A stretch of 64,000 nucleotides of DNA. It comes from Promethearchaeota archaeon. GTDB lineage: Archaea; Asgardarchaeota; Lokiarchaeia; Sigyniarchaeales; SOKP01. Position numbers and translations under genes: made by a program. The stretch is from assembly GCA_019058445.1 (NCBI GenBank), contig JAHPZA010000004.1, forward strand, positions 192,001-256,000. Direction: 5' to 3'. Below are positions 57,768 to 64,000 of the stretch, piece by piece. How positions within the stretch are numbered: the stretch's first letter is position 1; each line of letters opens with the position of its first letter. Under the pieces are notes generated by a model, which had not been told where the DNA came from, searched no databases, and saw nothing but the letters and a program-made list of their open reading frames with translations.

Positions 57768-59300
57768 ATGGTAAAACTCAATTGGAATACTAAAATCCCA
57801 CCTGACATAAATAAACTAAAAACCCAAAATTTTGAACCGTTACTAATAGTTGAAAAATTAGGTTCTCCTATAAATGAGAAGGTTGAGAGTAGTAGGCAAG
57901 TAAAAAGTTCGGGAATAATAAGAGATTGGTATAACCAACTGATTTGGGGAGATAATATTTCAGTTATGAGTTCATTAGTAAAACAATTTGCTGGAAAAAT
58001 TAACCTGATATATATCGATCCCCCATTTGCTACAGGGGGAGATTTTAATTTAAAAGTTCAGATTGGTGAAAAGGATCATTCCAAAAAACATGCTTTATTA
58101 AATCAAAAAGCTTATAGTGATAATTGGAAAGAAGGCCTTGAATTTTACCTAAATTTTATGTACCAAAGACTCTGGTTAATGAAAGAATTATTATCTGATA
58201 AAGGATCTATTTATGTTCATTTAGATTGGCATGTAGGTCATTATATTAAAATACTTATGGATGAGATTTTTGGTGCAGACAATTTTCGAAATGAAATAAT
58301 TTGGGCATATCCCGCGGCATCAGTCAAAACAAGGAATTTTTTTATTCGCTCTTTTGATATTATCTTATTTTATACAAAATCAGAAAATTATGTGTTTAAT
58401 GACGATCCGAAAATCTATATGGAATATTCAGAGAGAGTGAAAAATGCTCTTAAAAGAGATGAAAAAGGGATTTACTACTATCGTGGAGGGAGCCATAATG
58501 GAAAAAAACTATCGAGAAAAGTATATATTACTCATAATGGAATCTTCCCTCGGGACGTTTGGAACGATATTCCTTATATTCGAGCAAATACTAAAGAGTA
58601 TCAGGGCTTTTCGACACAAAAACCAGAATTATTGTTGAAAAGAATAATTTTAGCTTCATCTAATGAACATGACATTGTAGCAGACTTTTTCTGCGGTTCA
58701 GGAACGACACTGGCCGTTGCTGAAAAATTACAAAGACGTTGGATTGGATGTGATGTAACAAAACACGCTATTCATATTGTTAAAAAAAGAATACTCGATA
58801 TCTCTAATAGTAAGAGCCTAATTAAAAAGAAAAATAAATATAATAAAGTGTATCAACCCTTCAAAACTTTACAAACTAAAGTTCCTATCAATCATCAAAG
58901 AATCCCCCAAGATTTTTTGCAAAGAAAAATTCAGAATTCAATTGAACTTAACATTTTAGATAATCCTGAATTTTCTGTTGATATTAAAATTAAAAACAAA
59001 GAAGTAATAATTGAAATGCAAGACTATATTATTCCTCATATAGACTTAATTTCTGAAAATGTAAAAACACAAGTAAAGCGTTTTTCTGATTGGATAGATT
59101 TTTGGGCTATAGATTTTAATCATATTCCTGAAATGTTTAATACTTTATGGGTATCATTCAGAACACCAAAAAATAGGGAATTGAAACTTATTTCTAGCCC
59201 CTATATTTATGAAAATTCGGGAACTTACACTATTTCTATAAAAGTGATTGATATCTTGGGAACGGAATCTATTCAAAATTACGAGATTCTTATTAAATAA
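57768..59300 (+). CDS. Orphan site-specific DNA amino-methyltransferase (beta class, Mod-like)
   Basis: IYIDPPF (motif IV) precedes TQKPE and DFFCGSGTT (motif I); no res gene nearby. Confidence 0.9.
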   Translation: MVKLNWNTKIPPDINKLKTQNFEPLLIVEKLGSPINEKVESSRQVKSSGIIRDWYNQLIWGDNISVMSSLVKQFAGKINLIYIDPPFATGGDFNLKVQIGEKDHSKKHALLNQKAYSDNWKEGLEFYLNFMYQRLWLMKELLSDKGSIYVHLDWHVGHYIKILMDEIFGADNFRNEIIWAYPAASVKTRNFFIRSFDIILFYTKSENYVFNDDPKIYMEYSERVKNALKRDEKGIYYYRGGSHNGKKLSRKVYITHNGIFPRDVWNDIPYIRANTKEYQGFSTQKPELLLKRIILASSNEHDIVADFFCGSGTTLAVAEKLQRRWIGCDVTKHAIHIVKKRILDISNSKSLIKKKNKYNKVYQPFKTLQTKVPINHQRIPQDFLQRKIQNSIELNILDNPEFSVDIKIKNKEVIIEMQDYIIPHIDLISENVKTQVKRFSDWIDFWAIDFNHIPEMFNTLWVSFRTPKNRELKLISSPYIYENSGTYTISIKVIDILGTESIQNYEILIK

Positions 59301-60707
59301 CTATTTCATAAATTCCCTCAGAAACATGGTTGCATAGGCTCCTTTAATGAGGGAAAATTCGATTTTCAATTTTTTACGTCCCGGAAAAAGCTGATCATCT
59401 TTTATTTCGAGAATTTTAAAACCTACAGGTTTCGTTGTCATAGCTCGAAAAGAACCTTTATATTCAAATTGATATAATAAATTGCTTTTAAAAATATTAA
59501 GATCAATTTCCTCCTTTTTTATGACTTCATCAAATAAAGTTTTAAATAAGGGAAAATCATTCAAATCTGTTTCATATCCCACAATAGGGACAACTATTAC
59601 TGCTCGATTTAGCTTCATTGCTTTTTCTAAATATTCATCATATCGCCCATTAAGAGCGTCATATACATATTTTATCTGAGTAATATGGCCATTATCATCA
59701 TCCAGTATGCTAATTGTATCTCCTTTGACAGGTGTTAACAGAGAAATTCCTTTTTGTGCTCGTAATGAAATCATTTTATTAAATACAAATGACTGGAAGG
59801 CGCTTATTAGTAAATTTTTTAAGTCTAAGGATATCAAATCGAAACATCCTTTATAATCATTTGGATGACCTATTAGATGTTTAATCATTACTCTTTCATA
59901 ATGGAGACTTTTCGGAAACGCATTATAAGTTTTTTCAAGATCATTCGTTTTTGTTAAAACACTCCGAATATTCTGTATGTTTTTGCTTTCAGTAGAATAG
60001 ATGGTAGATACATATTCTTCAAACGCCTTTTTAAAATTTTCCTCTAATAAATACCGTCCAACTAAGTGAGAATTTGGTCTATATTTCCCAAATCTTTGAA
60101 GACCAAAATAATTCAGAAAACCTTTTTTAGCTAACTCATTACCTAAATTTTCAATAGTTTTCTGAAGGTCTTTTTTATCTTCAATGTTTCTTAAAGTAAT
60201 TGTAAAATTGTTTCCCCAATTACCTCCCAGTTTTACTGGTTTCCTTGTTGGTCTAATGTGCCGTATAAAAGAATCCCGAATTTTTAGTTTTTTTAATTCC
60301 TTCACATAATTTCCTTTGATAGATACTTTTTGGACGCTAATTGAACGCCTATCTTTTAATCCAGAATATTGTATGGAACTAGGAGAAATATTTAAAGCAT
60401 CGCCAATTTCTCTTATCGCTTCAAAGGTGTCTTTTTTAACTTTAACCAAATTAAAAGTCGTAAATTTATCTTTTTGCTCTTTAGAAAAGGATTCAGTATA
60501 ATAATCCTCCTTTATTTCAAGAATGCGCCCATTATCTAGTATTTCTTTGACAATAAAATCTTTAAAGTTATGTTTGTATATTCCTTTGATCCCTTCGATA
60601 TTCGGAGTAAGATATGCGTCTATACCTACGAATTGTTCTATGGTTCTCTTACCATTGATTAAATCATGATGATTAATATCGTCCATCTTAATCAGTCTAA
60701 TTTCCAA
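59301..60707 (-). CDS. truD: tRNA pseudouridine(13) synthase
   Basis: DFIVKE, GLKDRR.ISVQ, GN.F.I.LR, NYFGLQRFG, F.L.KG.YAT..LRE. Confidence 0.96.
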   Translation of the reverse strand: MEIRLIKMDDINHHDLINGKRTIEQFVGIDAYLTPNIEGIKGIYKHNFKDFIVKEILDNGRILEIKEDYYTESFSKEQKDKFTTFNLVKVKKDTFEAIREIGDALNISPSSIQYSGLKDRRSISVQKVSIKGNYVKELKKLKIRDSFIRHIRPTRKPVKLGGNWGNNFTITLRNIEDKKDLQKTIENLGNELAKKGFLNYFGLQRFGKYRPNSHLVGRYLLEENFKKAFEEYVSTIYSTESKNIQNIRSVLTKTNDLEKTYNAFPKSLHYERVMIKHLIGHPNDYKGCFDLISLDLKNLLISAFQSFVFNKMISLRAQKGISLLTPVKGDTISILDDDNGHITQIKYVYDALNGRYDEYLEKAMKLNRAVIVVPIVGYETDLNDFPLFKTLFDEVIKKEEIDLNIFKSNLLYQFEYKGSFRAMTTKPVGFKILEIKDDQLFPGRKKLKIEFSLIKGAYATMFLREFMK

Positions 60708-60731
60708 AATGATGCTTTATAACAATTATCT

Positions 60732-61088
60732 TTATAATAATTTTAGATCTCCAGTTATCTTATCTATTTCTGTTGATGACGCAGGTCCAATCCCCAGAGC
60801 TGTGGTAGTTCCGGGGGCAAGTTGAGTTAAGCCAGCATCTTTTACTAAAAAGCAATGAAGGTTTTGTTTTTGAAGTGTGACATAAAGATCGTGTAATTGT
60901 TCTTTACTAGTGACTTTTAACACTACTTTTTTCTGTCCTGTATTCTTCCATAGCTTCCACACATTTTTATCCTGTACGTGGACTATGTCAGAGGCGGAAA
61001 GACTCGCATGACAAGCTTGAGCACACTTTTTTCCGGTACTCATTCCCAAATCTGTTCTAATAAGAATCACTTGCTTATATTCGGGCAT
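60732..61088 (-). CDS. pth2: Peptidyl-tRNA hydrolase, Pth2 type
   Basis: KQV...[35 protein letters not shown]. Confidence 0.96.
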   Translation of the reverse strand: MPEYKQVILIRTDLGMSTGKKCAQACHASLSASDIVHVQDKNVWKLWKNTGQKKVVLKVTSKEQLHDLYVTLQKQNLHCFLVKDAGLTQLAPGTTTALGIGPASSTEIDKITGDLKLL

Positions 61089-61134
61089 AACTTTTTACCT
61101 ACTAAAAGATTAAAAAATCAGGTACATATTTTTG

Positions 61135-61647
61135 CTAGGCAAATTCAATTCTGGTAACATTACCTGTTAATTCTAAAACTAAATCCTCAAGTTCTTCCTT
61201 GGTAAATAAAATTTTATCCTTATCAGATTTACGGAGAATTCCTTTAAATTCTATATCTCCAGTTGCCAAAAATATCTCATTGAGAGAGATTACTTTTGCG
61301 GGAGAAATAAGACCCTCTATTACCGCTCTCGGCTTATTTGTTTTTTCTATTAAAAGTATTTGATCTATTTCATATGTTTCCTTAATCCAAGTTAATAACT
61401 CTTTACTTATTCTAATTTTATCTTTTTTATCGACCACAAGAATAACAACATCTTCAAAATCAATCGCTTTATAGAAAGAGATATCTCTTAGAAAGTCAAA
61501 TCTACCGTCACGTTCTTCTAACTCTAGCAAGTCTTTTGCTAAATCGAGTTCGAATTCAGTAATTTCTCCCTCATCAAGTTTCTTTTGACAACTATTGCAT
61601 AAAAATCCGGAACTCACGCATGTTTTACACGCTGGAAGATTTTTCAT
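61135..61647 (-). CDS. Archaeal NusA-like paralog with an N-terminal Zn-binding motif
   Basis: 'LP.C..C..SG.LC..C..K...G.I...E' N-terminus followed by KH-like domains; usual neighbour of pth2/truD. Confidence 0.7.
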   Translation of the reverse strand: MKNLPACKTCVSSGFLCNSCQKKLDEGEITEFELDLAKDLLELEERDGRFDFLRDISFYKAIDFEDVVILVVDKKDKIRISKELLTWIKETYEIDQILLIEKTNKPRAVIEGLISPAKVISLNEIFLATGDIEFKGILRKSDKDKILFTKEELEDLVLELTGNVTRIEFA

Positions 61648-61687
61648 TAATTTGATACCAAATACTATTTTACGTATTGAATTTCCA

Positions 61688-61882
61688 TTATAATTCTATT
61701 ACTTCACAAGTTATCTGTCTTAAAAGATTTTCAGCAGAGTCGGGAGAAGTTTTTAAGGTGAAAAGCGTTTTTTTTGTTCTTAATTTCAATTTCACCGTGT
61801 CTTTTGTGCGTTTTACTCTACAATGCACCGCAAATTCTGCTAATTCTAGAAATTTTTCCTCATCAAATATTTCTCTTGGCAA
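61688..61882 (-). CDS. rpl38e: Ribosomal protein L38e
   Basis: MPREI.D..KFLE.A....CRVKR....VKLKLRT...L.TL. Confidence 0.88.
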   Translation of the reverse strand: MPREIFDEEKFLELAEFAVHCRVKRTKDTVKLKLRTKKTLFTLKTSPDSAENLLRQITCEVIEL

Positions 61883-62059
61883 CCGTTATCAATTCTTTTC
61901 TGTTTTGTAAGATCTATTAATTATAGAATTTTAATTTTATGATGTAAGACTATTATCTATCCAAAATTTTATTTTGAATCATTGTTTTTCCTTATTATTC
62001 TACATTTAATTTTATTAATTTTACTTTTTAGAAAAATAAAAAATTAGGAATGATGAATA

Positions 62060-62224
62060 ATGGCCCCCATCGATGATCCTGTGAAAAGGAAGATTGCCAG
62101 ATATCACTTATTAGAAAAGAGTGTTTGTAGAAGGTGCGGAGCCCTCAATCCAATTAAAGCAACTAAATGTCGAAGATGTCACAGTAAGGATTTACGGCCA
62201 AAAAAGAGAGAGTTAACGAAATAA
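62060..62224 (+). CDS. rpl40e: Ribosomal protein L40e (not in the ORF track)
   Basis: [54 protein letters not shown]. Confidence 0.95.
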   Translation: MAPIDDPVKRKIARYHLLEKSVCRRCGALNPIKATKCRRCHSKDLRPKKRELTK

Positions 62225-62299
62225 TTCAAAATAAAGAAATTTTACTCATTTTTAATTTAAAGTTTAATAAGATTTTATTATAATATGCACTACTTATTT

Positions 62300-63751
62300 T
62301 TAGGTATCTGAAGCCAACTCTTCTAAAACTGCGGGTGCAATATCTAATATTTCCTCATTTATTTCTATTTGCCGTAAGAATAGTAAGCTAACTAGATAAA
62401 AAATACCCATAGATGCTAAAGATAAGGTAATTATTATTGAATTCTCTTCATTTGGTCCCGAAAGAATGAAACCTATCATAATTGAAGCAATCCCGCCCGC
62501 AATTGAGAATACAAAATTATTTAATCCGAAATATGCCCCCGAAATTTCTGAGACCCCTTTATCTAAATCTGCGTTATCATTTTTTCCGGCAGATTCATAA
62601 ATTATAGCACTTGCTAGAGGACCCGAGAATAAATTGAATGCATATATAGAACCTAAGACAGTGCCCATAGTAACTACAAATAAAATTACTTTTAACTCAA
62701 AAGGAAGGAAAGGATATAAAAAGATAAGATCTAAAAATGAAGCAATTAAGGAAGCCATAACACAGAGTGAGTAGGTCTTTACCAACTTATGTTTTTCGAG
62801 GACTTTTTTCCAAATGTAATACCATCCAAATTTGCAGGTAAATGATACTATAATATAAATAAAATACAATGTCCCTCGAAATTTTAGGGTATAGGTTAAA
62901 AAAGGAAAAATTAATATTCCTAAAAATGTTCCCGCCATACTCGTGAAAAAACCCATCAATAATAACTTTCTAAATTTCTTATCTTGGGCGGGTACCGTCA
63001 TTTGACGAAATGTCTCGAAAATTGATTTTTTTTTCATTTCTAAATCTTTAATCCTGTCATGAAAACTTTCATCGACAGAAAAAAAAGTAATAATTATTGA
63101 AACTAATCCAAAAATGGCAATTGTTCCACCTACTATTGGAATATAAAATAGAATCACTTTTCCTGAAGGTTCCCACCATTTTACATTTTCAGGATCTTTC
63201 AAGAGACTCTGGACCGTTAAAGGCAACAGCAGCGATATCCCTGAAGCAAGGATCGATAAAATTGTGGTCATAGAAGCTACTTTTTTTCTATTTATGTGAG
63301 TTTGGGATTGTTCTGGTAACATAGAGGCATATACGCTTAAGATACACATCCCTGAAAATGCATTTAAAATTAAATTTACCCAAAGCCATAAAGCTGTAGG
63401 CCAATATAGAGATTTTGTCTCAGGACAATACCAAGGGGGCAACCATATTAAGATACAAGTTGCCACCCATACAGGTAATCCATAAAATAAAAAAGGACGT
63501 CTTTTCCCTAGTTTTCCCGGTTTTTTATTATCTGCTAAAACGCCAAAAATAATAGATGAGATTGCTGCTATAAATAATCGGATAGCAATGCCTATTGAAA
63601 CTAAAATTGAGCTTAAATTAATCGTATACACATAATACTGAAATAGAAAAACACCTCTAAACACATCAGTCAAAATGAACCCAAAATAACCTATACAATA
63701 TCCAACAAGGCGACCTCGATGTAGTTCACGTGGTCTACGAGGTAAGCTCAT
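62300..63751 (-). CDS. MFS transporter, GPH (Na+/melibiose-like) family
   Basis: About 12 TM; 'FGVLAD.....LGKRRPF'; 'Y.SMLPE'; 'SGAYFG'. Confidence 0.88.
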   Translation of the reverse strand: MSLPRRPRELHRGRLVGYCIGYFGFILTDVFRGVFLFQYYVYTINLSSILVSIGIAIRLFIAAISSIIFGVLADNKKPGKLGKRRPFLFYGLPVWVATCILIWLPPWYCPETKSLYWPTALWLWVNLILNAFSGMCILSVYASMLPEQSQTHINRKKVASMTTILSILASGISLLLPLTVQSLLKDPENVKWWEPSGKVILFYIPIVGGTIAIFGLVSIIITFFSVDESFHDRIKDLEMKKKSIFETFRQMTVPAQDKKFRKLLLMGFFTSMAGTFLGILIFPFLTYTLKFRGTLYFIYIIVSFTCKFGWYYIWKKVLEKHKLVKTYSLCVMASLIASFLDLIFLYPFLPFELKVILFVVTMGTVLGSIYAFNLFSGPLASAIIYESAGKNDNADLDKGVSEISGAYFGLNNFVFSIAGGIASIMIGFILSGPNEENSIIITLSLASMGIFYLVSLLFLRQIEINEEILDIAPAVLEELASDT

Positions 63752-63937
63752 GATCTTGTAAAGAAATGATATGAGATTAATTTTATTATTTTCGAGAAAA
63801 CGCGATAATTGTTAATAGAATTAAATATAATCAAAAAAAGAAAACTTTTTAATTTTTCCTATATAAAGATCTCTAAATCATAATTATGTTTAAAATTAAA
63901 ATTAAAACTATACAAAATTTAAACAGAGTGAAAAAAT

Positions 63938-64000
63938 ATGGCACAATTAGGTGGAACACCAGTATTAATCATGAAAGAGGGAACCCAAAGAACTCGTGGC
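63938..64000 (+). CDS. ths: Thermosome (group II chaperonin) subunit, 5' end
   Basis: MAQLGGTPVLIMKEGTQRTRG matches the thermosome N-terminus. Confidence 0.85.
   Translation, partial: MAQLGGTPVLIMKEGTQRTRG

Noticed and set aside
547-61910. Short opposite-strand or nested ORFs in the ORF track (e.g. 547-873, 1672-1944, 10102-10326, 22893-23240, 33037-33381, 34204-34605, 36082-36426, 46280-46540, 61677-61910)
   Set aside because: They are shadows of well-supported genes, with S/F/I-rich antisense composition and no recognisable motifs.

Overview
An AT-rich (~30% GC by eye), gene-dense archaeal chromosome segment, almost certainly from an Asgard archaeon (Lokiarchaeia-like). The assignment rests on archaeal SepRS, ThrRS, AspRS, Pth2, TruD, RibK/RibL, Alba, L38e, L40e and thermosome genes, alongside eukaryotic-signature proteins (a Rab-like GTPase, two longin/DENN-like proteins) and large single-pass surface proteins. 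I found no rRNA, tRNA, CRISPR array or transposase. The most striking unexplained signals are: (1) a ~554-nt intergenic element (54026-54579) with a 12-bp 5'/3' terminal helix, at least seven internal helices, a probable pseudoknot, a TATA box at the expected distance and a 3' T-tract, i.e. a candidate large unannotated structured ncRNA; (2) a ~5.2-kb PAS/histidine-kinase island flanked by a diverged duplicate of the 3' end of a DedA/VTT gene; (3) three genes whose conserved domains begin upstream of any ATG/GTG/TTG, implying ATC/ATT initiation; (4) a folliculin/NPRL2-like longin protein that keeps the 'ARG' arginine-finger loop; (5) a CheR-coiled coil-AT-hook-pseudoCheD fusion; and (6) a 2013-aa surface protein with acidic, cadherin-like repeats, downstream of a receptor/wHTH pair. 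All family calls come from motif recognition by eye, with no database searches.
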